Below are positions 1 through 8,988 of a stretch of 51,550 nt of DNA, in pieces (positions within the stretch are counted from its first letter, which is position 1; each line of letters starts with the position of its first letter). The DNA is from a virus (taxonomy: Duplodnaviria; Caudoviricetes), in IMG/VR virus record IMGVR_UViG_3300025401_000005, positions 1-51,550 of that record; one strand, written 5' to 3'. The notes beneath the pieces were generated by a model. The model had not been told where the DNA came from. It was given only the letters and a program-made list of their open reading frames with translations, and ran no database searches. The position numbers and the translations under genes are program-made.

Positions 1-127
1 TACAACTTATTGATCTATGTCTTGCGGAAACAACTACAACGGATGGGGTGGAGGATGCGGGTGTGCAAACACCGTTCAGTATGCTCCCCCGGCTTGCAAT
101 CCCAACTTCCCAACTTATTGCACCGCA
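1..127. repeat. Terminal direct repeat, left copy (circular assembly overlap)
   Basis: Identical to 51424-51550. 127 bp equals a common assembler k-mer, and the repeat contains the start of ORF 17..1435. Confidence 0.95.
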
Positions 128-1435
128 CTTAACGATGGGAATATTGTTCGTCTCGTTGGTGAGGATTCCGCTTTTTGCAAGTACACAGTTCCTACTTTTA
201 AAGCAACGGATTCAAACACCCAAGCTCAAAGCATTCTAACCTACAATAAAGTTGGAAATGTTTCTTGGGGGGATGGTTCTTCAAACAAGCCAATTTATAT
301 TGCTCCTCCAGACAACACGGCAACGGGTCAAGCACTTCAATCTCCTACTTTTAGTGATGTTCCCTATGCTGGTGTTAGTTTGCAAGCAACAACTGGTGCT
401 GGTCAATTGGTGGAATTTGCACCCGCATCAAGCCTTTCATCTAAATCCCAATTCCCGGTAGTTGCTCCAAATAAAAGCACGACTACTTGGGGAACCATTG
501 ACAACATTATCCCGAATGATGGTGTTGTTTATAGGTCTAGCGGAACGGTTGCAGAAGCATCACTTGGAACTAACGGTCAAGTTTTGACAATGGTTAGCGG
601 GGTTCCCGCATTTTCTACCCCATTGGCTCCAGCATTTATTGATGCTCAATCAATTAAATTGGTTTACAATACTGTTAATAGTATTCTTGTTTCTTTTGGT
701 GAATTGGTTCTGACTAATTTCTCCACGGGAGCGCAAATCTTCAAAGATGGAAGTGCTTCTACTTATACATTAACGATTAATACGGGCACGGGGCCGGGAT
801 CAATGGATATTGCAGGAACAACGGCAAGTAACTATTATTATGTTTATGCCATTTACAATTCCGCAACTTCTACATTCAGCGTTGTTGGATCAAGTCAAAG
901 CACTTCGCCAAATACAACAAATCTTGGCGGGTATGGAACAACAAACCAAACGGGTTATTACAGGATGATTGGTGTTTTCTATAGCGGATACAACAATCAA
1001 ATCTCTTCTTACTACATCCAAAACGGAAGGAATGTTTATTTTGGGTTGACTGATCAACCTCAAATTCTTCCTAGCACGGGAAGTACGCAGATTTATTTTG
1101 GTGGAGCAGTTACTGGATTGCCTGTTGCTTCTGTTGCCGACAAAGCAAATTTGCTTTTGTCTGCTACTGTTCAACCAGCAAGTCAATTTGTTTCTTGTGT
1201 TATATCTCAAGCATATTCAAATGGAACAACTCACTATTGGGTTCCATACAACTATGAAGTTTATGGATCATGTTCTATTGCTGGAATAGTTTCTCAAAGT
1301 TCTGTATATGCAAATTTTGATATGCCAATTGTTTCTGGTGCTGGATACAATATCAACCTTGCGGTTGCACAAACAGGAGCAACTAATCAAGGAATTTCAT
1401 TAACTGTTGCTGGTTGCACTTTAAGAGCATTCTAA
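17..1435 (+). CDS. Tail fibre / virion structural protein
   Basis: 472 aa, S/T/G-rich; GTNGQVLTMVSGVPAF fibre-type motif; Cys-rich N-terminus; lies in the tail module. Confidence 0.65.
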   Translation: MSCGNNYNGWGGGCGCANTVQYAPPACNPNFPTYCTALNDGNIVRLVGEDSAFCKYTVPTFKATDSNTQAQSILTYNKVGNVSWGDGSSNKPIYIAPPDNTATGQALQSPTFSDVPYAGVSLQATTGAGQLVEFAPASSLSSKSQFPVVAPNKSTTTWGTIDNIIPNDGVVYRSSGTVAEASLGTNGQVLTMVSGVPAFSTPLAPAFIDAQSIKLVYNTVNSILVSFGELVLTNFSTGAQIFKDGSASTYTLTINTGTGPGSMDIAGTTASNYYYVYAIYNSATSTFSVVGSSQSTSPNTTNLGGYGTTNQTGYYRMIGVFYSGYNNQISSYYIQNGRNVYFGLTDQPQILPSTGSTQIYFGGAVTGLPVASVADKANLLLSATVQPASQFVSCVISQAYSNGTTHYWVPYNYEVYGSCSIAGIVSQSSVYANFDMPIVSGAGYNINLAVAQTGATNQGISLTVAGCTLRAF

Positions 1436-1438
1436 TTC

Positions 1439-3640
1439 ATGGCACAGGATGGAAGAGTTTACGATGGCTCTACTGTAACGATTGGAATGGATGCGGAAAC
1501 GCATCCTTCAATCTTGCCAGCAGAATATGTCTCGTCTTGCGTAAACAGATCCTTTCGCCAAGGCATTAATTCTACTCGTCCTCCGTTTACGGAGATTCCA
1601 ATTACGCCAGCATATGGGCAAGACCCATCAATACTTTCTGATTTCCAAACTGGAAACTTCCAGGGAGCCTGGCCCTACAAAGCAATAAAGACAGGATCAG
1701 CGGATGGGTTTGTTGTATCGGTTGCTGGAACTATTTATTTCCTTTCCATTGTCAACAATATTGGAACGCTTTACAAATTGATTGGCGGCAATGATCCGAC
1801 CATGATGCACACTTGGTTTGTTCAAGCGGAAGATTGGATGTACATTCAAAATGGATACCAAGATCCTATTGCATGGTCTGGAGATATTTCTGGAACACCA
1901 ACCAACCTTCAAGCACAAGGGGATGGATTAACAACGATTGCATTGACTTGGACTGACAATGCACCGGGAGCAAAAACCAATCAAATACAATGCCAATACA
2001 ACGGTAGCGTATTTTTTGATGTGGCATCCGTACCATACAATCAAACCCGTTATAATTTCAGCGCATCTTCATCCACTCAATCATACGCATTCCAAGTCCG
2101 TAGCGTATATCCAGATGGATCGTTTACTCCTTGGTCAAACATTGCTAATACTTCAGCGGCAACCGAAACCATTACAGCGGAACAAAATAACACGGTATAC
2201 AGGCTCAATCCCGTGAAGCAACAGATGCCGATTGGTACAATCATGGCATATGCATATGGTCGAGTAGCTGTAAGTGATGCTAACAACAACATTTATGTTT
2301 CCGACATCATTTACGGAAACGGATTTACAACCACATCCAATACCCAAAACTTCACAGAACAAACCTATTGGGCCGAGGGAGGATCATTTACTCCTCCTGC
2401 CAACCTTGGATTGATTACCGGGATGAGGGTGATGCCTTCACTCAATATCAATGTGCGTGGACAGGGTGAACTTGTGGTCTTTTGTGAGAATGGATCATTC
2501 ACGCTTGATCTCTCCCAAGACAGGACAACTTGGCAAGCGAACAATATCCAAAAAGTATCCCTAATCGGAAGAGGTTGCCGGTCACCCTGGAGTATTTGTG
2601 GAGTAAACAACGATGTCTATTTCCGTTCTGATGATGGATGGGCTTTTTATAACAATGCTCAAGTAGATTTCTATGAGGCTTTGTCATTCCGTAAAATCTC
2701 CCGTGAGGTTCAGCCTTGGGTTAATTATGATACCCCTTGGATGAGGCAATTTGAGTCAGCAATGTTCTTTGACAATAGGCTGATTGCTACGGTTTCCCCA
2801 TTCACGGTTGCCAACGCTAATCCAAATTACGGGCTTCATCGTCCTAGCAGGGCAATGATTGTTCTGGATGTGGAGCAAGAAAGCAGGATCTCGCCAGATG
2901 CTTCCATGCCTACTCGCTGGAATGGTCTTTGGGAGGGGCCGCAACCCACACAGCTTGCTACTGCTCAAATCAATGGGGTACAGCGTGGATTTGCTTTCTC
3001 GTTTGATGCTGATGGCGTGAACAGGATTTACGAGCTTGCCAATAGCAGTTCACTCCTCACAGGAGTTGATGATTACTCTGTCCAATATGGTAGCGTTCCA
3101 ATTGGATCATATTTTATTACCAAGCGTTTTGACTTTGTTCCAAACCCCGGAGCATCAAAGTTTGTTCGCAAACAACTTGCTGGTGGAGAAGTCTGGATTT
3201 CAAACTTAAAGGAAGCGGTTACTGTCTCTTGCGAGTATAGGCCAGATTCTTATCCTTGCTTCACCACGCTTTCTAAACCAATCACGGTTGGATTGGATGA
3301 ATGTACACCCGTGACATATGGATGCGTTCCTGCTGTATCACAGCCCCGCTATCAGCAACTTAAATTCCCTTCTCCAGACATCAATGAGTGTGAAACTTTT
3401 GCACAGAACTCAAATCAAGAAGGAGCAGAGTTTCAATTGAAGATTGATATTCAAGGTTCGTGCATTGTCGATAGGGTAAGGCTTTCTGGCATATTCAATG
3501 ACTCTCTGGATCTTCCACAGGGAGATTGCCCGGATACTTTCTATAATGATCCAACTCCAATCCAATGTTCCTGCCAACCCGATCTTGATTACTATCGAAT
3601 TGTTCCGTTGCCTACAGCAATTTATTCTGTTGCTGGTTAA
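1439..3640 (+). CDS. Tail nozzle / DNA-stabilisation-like protein with inserted fibronectin type III domain
   Basis: 733 aa beta-rich; size and position upstream of ejection genes fit a podovirus nozzle (P22 gp10 / T7 gp12 role); FN3 pattern PTNLQA..IALTW..YAFQVRSV..TPWSN. Confidence 0.65.
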   Translation: MAQDGRVYDGSTVTIGMDAETHPSILPAEYVSSCVNRSFRQGINSTRPPFTEIPITPAYGQDPSILSDFQTGNFQGAWPYKAIKTGSADGFVVSVAGTIYFLSIVNNIGTLYKLIGGNDPTMMHTWFVQAEDWMYIQNGYQDPIAWSGDISGTPTNLQAQGDGLTTIALTWTDNAPGAKTNQIQCQYNGSVFFDVASVPYNQTRYNFSASSSTQSYAFQVRSVYPDGSFTPWSNIANTSAATETITAEQNNTVYRLNPVKQQMPIGTIMAYAYGRVAVSDANNNIYVSDIIYGNGFTTTSNTQNFTEQTYWAEGGSFTPPANLGLITGMRVMPSLNINVRGQGELVVFCENGSFTLDLSQDRTTWQANNIQKVSLIGRGCRSPWSICGVNNDVYFRSDDGWAFYNNAQVDFYEALSFRKISREVQPWVNYDTPWMRQFESAMFFDNRLIATVSPFTVANANPNYGLHRPSRAMIVLDVEQESRISPDASMPTRWNGLWEGPQPTQLATAQINGVQRGFAFSFDADGVNRIYELANSSSLLTGVDDYSVQYGSVPIGSYFITKRFDFVPNPGASKFVRKQLAGGEVWISNLKEAVTVSCEYRPDSYPCFTTLSKPITVGLDECTPVTYGCVPAVSQPRYQQLKFPSPDINECETFAQNSNQEGAEFQLKIDIQGSCIVDRVRLSGIFNDSLDLPQGDCPDTFYNDPTPIQCSCQPDLDYYRIVPLPTAIYSVAG

Positions 3641-3684
3641 AAGTATTGCTTCAAATCAAAAACAACTCTATAACTTAACCAATT

Positions 3685-4158
3685 ATGCAGAATCAGAGTT
3701 CACCAGCCCAACTATTGTTTCCAGTAGTGCCAGCTAACTATTGTCCAGAGGGCAAGTGGAGTGACATTCTGAACAGCTTTATTCAGCTTTATCTGAACAA
3801 TGGTACTGTAAATATCCCGGGTCTTGGTCTGGTTACGCCTCAACAGATCCAGACGATCAACCAGAATATCCAGAATCTCCAGAACGAATACAATGCCTTG
3901 GCGGTAAATGTCCAGAGTGGAACAATTTTATCTCCCACGGCTGGCTTAAATATTGTGACTTTTGGAACGGCAATGCCAAATACAAATTACATTATTACAG
4001 CTTATTTTGTGAGCGCATCAGGAACTACAACGCCTCCCGCTAATTCATGGTCTATTATTGATGGTAGCCAAACAACTAATGGCTTCCAAATTGTTCTTCC
4101 GACCGTTACATATTACACAAAAGTAAACTGGTCTGTTCAATCTATAGTATCATCTTAA
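3685..4158 (+). CDS. Small tail-associated protein (short coiled coil plus beta domain)
   Basis: 157 aa; VTFGTAMPNTNY..TTNGFQI..VNW pattern typical of fibre-tip domains. Confidence 0.5.
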   Translation: MQNQSSPAQLLFPVVPANYCPEGKWSDILNSFIQLYLNNGTVNIPGLGLVTPQQIQTINQNIQNLQNEYNALAVNVQSGTILSPTAGLNIVTFGTAMPNTNYIITAYFVSASGTTTPPANSWSIIDGSQTTNGFQIVLPTVTYYTKVNWSVQSIVSS

Positions 4159-4189
4159 CCTCAACATAACCCCAAACTAAACAACCCAT

Positions 4190-4372
4190 ATGGCAAAGGA
4201 CATCAATAGGGCAACACAGCCCAAGCTCCAATCCGAAGGCTTTTCCACCCGTGGAACCGTCAAGGAAAACATGAGCAACAATCCTCGCGGTACGGAGTTC
4301 AGCGGCATTTTCTATGCTGGCAAGCTCCAACCCGAACCGACCAGCCCCGGTCGTGGATCTTCCAAGAAATAA
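4190..4372 (+). CDS. Small basic hypothetical protein
   Basis: ATG after an A/C-rich leader; tightly packed with the next ORF. Confidence 0.6.
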   Translation: MAKDINRATQPKLQSEGFSTRGTVKENMSNNPRGTEFSGIFYAGKLQPEPTSPGRGSSKK

Positions 4373-4373
4373 T

Positions 4374-4625
4374 ATGGCATCTCACGGCGTTCAATACACG
4401 GTTGATAAGACCGAGCGTGGGATTGTCTCTGATCATGCAATGCCTCAACCGATGCAAAGCGTTCAGATCAAGGGAGACATTCCTACGATTCGTGCTTACA
4501 AGGATGCCCGTACCGCCCGTATCAAAGCCATTGGTGAAGCCAACCAGAGAGTTTACTCTGTAGGTGGCCCCGCCAATGAGACTTCTATGGGCAAGGGATC
4601 TCCTTTCCATAGCGATTTCCTCTAG
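4374..4625 (+). CDS. Hypothetical protein (MASHGVQY...)
   Basis: ATG at 4374 directly after the previous stop. Confidence 0.6.
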   Translation: MASHGVQYTVDKTERGIVSDHAMPQPMQSVQIKGDIPTIRAYKDARTARIKAIGEANQRVYSVGGPANETSMGKGSPFHSDFL

Positions 4626-4628
4626 CAT

Positions 4629-4796
4629 ATGGCTCTCCCAAAGCTCCCAAAACTTGGGGCTATGAGGGCCAAAATGCTCAAGGCTAAAACATCCCCCTCT
4701 ATCAAGTTGGGGATGCTAAATGCACAGAACGGCCCCAAGCGTCCAATGACCCGCAATCTCAAGGGTCATCCGATTACCCGTGGCGAAATGATCTAA
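4629..4796 (+). CDS. Small basic protein (MALPKLPKLGAMRAK..., 55 aa; not in ORF track)
   Basis: Translated by hand; fills the gap between 4625 and 4801. Confidence 0.55.
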   Translation: MALPKLPKLGAMRAKMLKAKTSPSIKLGMLNAQNGPKRPMTRNLKGHPITRGEMI

Positions 4797-4800
4797 TCTT

Positions 4801-5349
4801 ATGGCATCTGCATCTGGAATCTATTGCTGGAAACACATTGAAAGCGGAAAGCGATATATTGGACAGGCTAAAAATGTCATTAAGAGAATGTCATCTCACA
4901 GAACAAGATTGCGTGGAAATTATCACGACAATAAACATTTTCAAAATTCATGGAACAAATATGGAGAAAATGCTTTTGATTTTTGTATAATTGAGCATTG
5001 TCCAGAAGAAATGCTTGGATGGAAAGAAGCAGAATGGATTAAACAATACAAATCTTCTGATTTTAATTTTGGTTTTAATTTAACTACTGGAGGGGAAGAA
5101 CCTAAACATTCTGAAGAAACCAAAAAAGTAATTTCTATTTGTAGTACTGGTAGAAAACATTCAGAAGATGCTTGTAAAAAAATATCTAATGCTAGGAAAG
5201 GAATGATGTTTGAAAAAGAGCATATAAAAAATCTATCTGAATCAGCAAAGCAAAAATGGAAACGAATTGATTACCGAATCAAAAATTTGGTTACTCTTGC
5301 TGAAACAAGGAAGAAAAGGTATATACTAGAAAAATTTTACTGCGCCTAG
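4801..5349 (+). mobile_element. Free-standing GIY-YIG homing endonuclease with NUMOD3-type repeats
   Basis: SGIYCW..KRYIGQA..R..H GIY-YIG core; FNLTTGGE; KHSEETKK / KHSEDACKKIS repeats; locally AT-rich. Confidence 0.9.
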
Positions 5350-5353
5350 TTTT

Positions 5354-6361
5354 ATGCTTTATTCTGTACAAGACATGCTTCAAATACTGCGACCGTATTG
5401 CGGTAACAGTGGTACTTGCAATCAAGTATTACAGCTTCAGTATCTTAATAAAGGAAGAAGTCTTCTTTGGAATAAAGTCGATATAGATAGCACTTGCGAG
5501 TATGTCTGCATCAAGTGCGTCAACAATGTTCTGACTCTTCCTAGCCTGTACAAGCAAGTAAGGTTGGCATGGATTGATGGAGTTCCTGTATCTCTTGGGA
5601 ACGAATGGTATCAGAGCATTCCCCAAGACTCATGGGGTGATGCCGCAAGCGGTGGATATGGAAATGGTTGGGGACAGGGATATGCTTGGAACGGAGGAAA
5701 CAAGAAGTTCATTGAGATTGGTGGAAAGCACATCACCTTCCAGAACTACGATTACGCACCCTATCAACTCGCCATAGAAGCCGAGTCTCCTACTGATGCG
5801 GGGGCGCAACTCACCTTTTTTGGCGAAGATGCATACGGAACGAGGATCAGCGAGACGATCACACTTGGCGTTGCTCCCGCATATACTTACTCGACCAACT
5901 TTTTCAAGACTGTTTTCCAAGTCACCAAGACCCAAACTACTGGCAGGGTAAGGTTGTATTCTTGGAATCCCGACAACAATGCTTTGATGTTGTTGTCCAT
6001 TTATCAACCACAGGATGTCAACCCATCCTTTAGGAAGTATGCCATCCAGGGCAGAGTAAGGGATTCGGTGATCCTGTACTGCAAGAAGAATTACCAAGAC
6101 TTGTTCAATCTGACTGACCAAGTGGAGTTTACGCCAGAGGCAATGATCTCTGCTGTGATGGCGGTTGTCTATCGTGAGAACAAAGGTAGTGACCAGCTTT
6201 ATGCTATCTCTCTCCAGAATGCAATATTTGAAGTCAACAGGGAAACCGCTGATAGGGAAGAACCTACTGGTAGTACGATTCGCCAGTTCTCAAACAACAT
6301 GATGCTCAATGCTCTGATCCCGACATATGTGTGGGATGATGGGGCTACATGGCCCTATTGA
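5354..6361 (+). CDS. Head-tail adaptor / tail tubular-like virion protein
   Basis: 335 aa; helical termini around a beta core; position between nozzle and ejection genes. Function inferred. Confidence 0.45.
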   Translation: MLYSVQDMLQILRPYCGNSGTCNQVLQLQYLNKGRSLLWNKVDIDSTCEYVCIKCVNNVLTLPSLYKQVRLAWIDGVPVSLGNEWYQSIPQDSWGDAASGGYGNGWGQGYAWNGGNKKFIEIGGKHITFQNYDYAPYQLAIEAESPTDAGAQLTFFGEDAYGTRISETITLGVAPAYTYSTNFFKTVFQVTKTQTTGRVRLYSWNPDNNALMLLSIYQPQDVNPSFRKYAIQGRVRDSVILYCKKNYQDLFNLTDQVEFTPEAMISAVMAVVYRENKGSDQLYAISLQNAIFEVNRETADREEPTGSTIRQFSNNMMLNALIPTYVWDDGATWPY

Positions 6362-6362
6362 T

Positions 6363-6851
6363 ATGAAAGAGTTATCACAAGTTTCTTCAATGGACAAATT
6401 GGAGCTAGAAGTTGGCAATGCACCTCAAGTTGAATGTCCTTTGGAGCATTTTTTTACTCCAGAAATCTATACCAGAAAGATATTTATGCCAGCTGGCACA
6501 ATTGTGGTTTCGCTTAAACATAAAACAACTCATCCTTTTTTTATACTAAAAGGAAAAGTTGCCGTTTTAAAAATAACATCTGATGGGTCTTTTGAGCGTG
6601 AAGCACTATATGTTGCTGGAGATATGGGCATTACTAGACCGGGAACAAAACGCTTTCTTTACAACATTGAAGATACTGTTTGGGTTACTTGTCACTCTAA
6701 TCCAGAAAATATTGAAGATCCCGATAAAATTGTGATAAAACTTTCAGAACCTAATGAAAACCCGCTAATTGATACATCTAAACCAGAGTTCAGTATGTGG
6801 AAAAAAGAAGTAAGTCCAAGTTTAATCCATAAAGAACTTCAACTCGCATGA
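6363..6851 (+). CDS. Cupin-fold protein
   Basis: HFFTPEIYTRKIFMPAGTIVVSLKHKTTHPFFILKG cupin pattern, common upstream of ejection genes. Confidence 0.7.
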   Translation: MKELSQVSSMDKLELEVGNAPQVECPLEHFFTPEIYTRKIFMPAGTIVVSLKHKTTHPFFILKGKVAVLKITSDGSFEREALYVAGDMGITRPGTKRFLYNIEDTVWVTCHSNPENIEDPDKIVIKLSEPNENPLIDTSKPEFSMWKKEVSPSLIHKELQLA

Positions 6852-7918
6852 GATTTTTAATACCATCACAGACATTTGGAGAACATAAGCATCGTCTGAT
6901 GCCTGTGTATGAAACTTTTGGATTGAGTGCTACTTCTATAGCCGCAATCGGAGCAGTAACTGCCGCCGCTGGAACTGCTGGAAGTCTTGGTATGCAAGCC
7001 TATAACGCATCCAAGAAAGCTCCCGGCTCACCAAACTTTAATCAATTTGGTGAAGAAGCAAAAAAATATGTGCCCACTCCTACTGATTATCAAGCGGCAC
7101 AACTTTCACAAGAGCAAAACATTTTAGGTACTGGATTTCAGCCGACAAGCACGGCTGGATTTGCTCAACAATTTGCCAATCAAGGAACGGCACAACAGAT
7201 TGCGCTCCAAAACAAAGTAACGCCTGGATCGCAAGCGCAAAGGGAACTTGCTCAAAAGCAAATCAACTCCTACATCCAAGGAGAAGTTCCCGCTGATGTT
7301 CAACAGAATATCAATCGCCAAGTAGCACAGAATCTTGGTGGGGGATTCAACCTTTTCTCTGGTGGTGGACAAGCTCCACAGAACTTTGCCCGTAACATTG
7401 GTCAGACAAGTCTTGGTCTTTCCCAATACGGATTGAGTGCCGCCCCCACATGGCAACAACTCGCAAATAGCATGGTTGTATCACCAGTTACTGGAGCGCA
7501 ACTTGGAATGCAAGCCGCCGGGATTGGGAATCAGCAAGTTTATGAAAGGGGACAACTTGGAATGCAAGCATCTGGACTTGGAATGACGGGTGCTGAAAAT
7601 CAATATCAAGCACAAATGAATCAATATGGATCGCAACAAGCCCAAGGACAAGGAATAGCTCAAGGATTGGCTAGTCTTGGAAGTGCTGGAATCGGATTGA
7701 TGAATGCCGGCAATATGGCAAATTATTATTCCAATCTTTCTACCCCACAGCAAGGAACTGCGGCATATGGAAATCAATTTGGTTCTGATCAATTGAGTTC
7801 TGGCGGTTTTTATGAAACTCCTGCCGCCGTTCAATCGGCATTTGGAAAAGGAGCAATTCCTGCTTATTATTCTGGCGGTGGACAGTCTGGTTACTATAAT
7901 CAAGGATTTAACGGATAA
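6848..7918 (+). CDS. Internal virion / DNA ejection protein
   Basis: Q/G/A-rich, with hydrophobic Gly-Ala segments at both ends; first of three ejection-type genes. Confidence 0.65.
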   Translation: MRFLIPSQTFGEHKHRLMPVYETFGLSATSIAAIGAVTAAAGTAGSLGMQAYNASKKAPGSPNFNQFGEEAKKYVPTPTDYQAAQLSQEQNILGTGFQPTSTAGFAQQFANQGTAQQIALQNKVTPGSQAQRELAQKQINSYIQGEVPADVQQNINRQVAQNLGGGFNLFSGGGQAPQNFARNIGQTSLGLSQYGLSAAPTWQQLANSMVVSPVTGAQLGMQAAGIGNQQVYERGQLGMQASGLGMTGAENQYQAQMNQYGSQQAQGQGIAQGLASLGSAGIGLMNAGNMANYYSNLSTPQQGTAAYGNQFGSDQLSSGGFYETPAAVQSAFGKGAIPAYYSGGGQSGYYNQGFNG

Positions 7919-7923
7919 ATCAT

Positions 7924-8985
7924 ATGGCAATTGGATATTACAATTTTGGAAACATCCAACAAGGGAATCAAACGGTCGCAAACTCGTTGGCTTCTCTTGG
8001 TCAACAGATTTCTGGAGCAATTGAGAATCATGCCCAAACACAAGCGGCTCAAGCAATGCTTCCTTCTTTGCAAAACCAGGTTCAGCAAGGAATGAGCAAA
8101 ATCGCTAACGGAGATTCTACGGGCCTTGGAGATGTTTATGGAGCGGCAATGAATGCATCTCAAATTCCCATTCTTGCTCCAATGGCTAATCACGCCGTTA
8201 ACATGGCACAGTCTGCCAACATCAATGCACAGCATATGTTGAGGACGCAAGCAATGCTACAGGGAAGAATGGATTCTTTGGAAAGGACTCACCCAGGAAC
8301 ATATGACGAGAATGGCAATTTTATTCCCGCAACAAAGTCAATGACCCCTTTCCAGCAACAAAGCATTGATCTTAAAAACGCTGGAATCAAGGCCAAACAA
8401 GTTGGCTTGTATTCCAACCTTTGGAATGGTCAACCGGCACAAGGACAAACTCCCGCTACCCCCGGTGCTTCAGAAGCCGCCGATAATATTCAAACTGCAA
8501 TTGAAGAGGATAAGCCAATTTCTCAAGATGATATGAGAAAATTTGCCGGCGCGTATTCCCAATACAAGCAGACTCAAGCCGCTCTTGGAAATGCTGGCAT
8601 TCCAGATGCAAACTTTGAAAGTGCTTATCAAAGAATTGGAGATCAGTTGTTAAAGGAAAAAACCAAGCTGGGCAATCATATTGCCACATTACCCAAGGGA
8701 ACTGATTTATCCCACGTTGATGGTCATAATTGGCCCATTATTGGAATTTGGGGAGGAAAGGATGTGAAGACGCAACAGCAAAATCTTGATCAAGCTATAA
8801 GGAATTTTTCGGCATTGAAGAATATCGGTCAGCAACAATCTGCTGTTGGCGGCATTCCCGCCGCACAAGCTGGACAAGAAGCTCCCGTGGATGCAAGCCA
8901 GATCCAAACTCCTCCAGATGCCGCTACGCCAGCGGCAATGGCAACAGACACAAATCGCCCTCCGCTGACATCTTTCTACCGCTAA
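7924..8985 (+). CDS. Internal virion / DNA ejection protein
   Basis: Q/A-rich helical protein in the middle ejection position. Confidence 0.6.
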   Translation: MAIGYYNFGNIQQGNQTVANSLASLGQQISGAIENHAQTQAAQAMLPSLQNQVQQGMSKIANGDSTGLGDVYGAAMNASQIPILAPMANHAVNMAQSANINAQHMLRTQAMLQGRMDSLERTHPGTYDENGNFIPATKSMTPFQQQSIDLKNAGIKAKQVGLYSNLWNGQPAQGQTPATPGASEAADNIQTAIEEDKPISQDDMRKFAGAYSQYKQTQAALGNAGIPDANFESAYQRIGDQLLKEKTKLGNHIATLPKGTDLSHVDGHNWPIIGIWGGKDVKTQQQNLDQAIRNFSALKNIGQQQSAVGGIPAAQAGQEAPVDASQIQTPPDAATPAAMATDTNRPPLTSFYR

Positions 8986-8988
8986 AAT

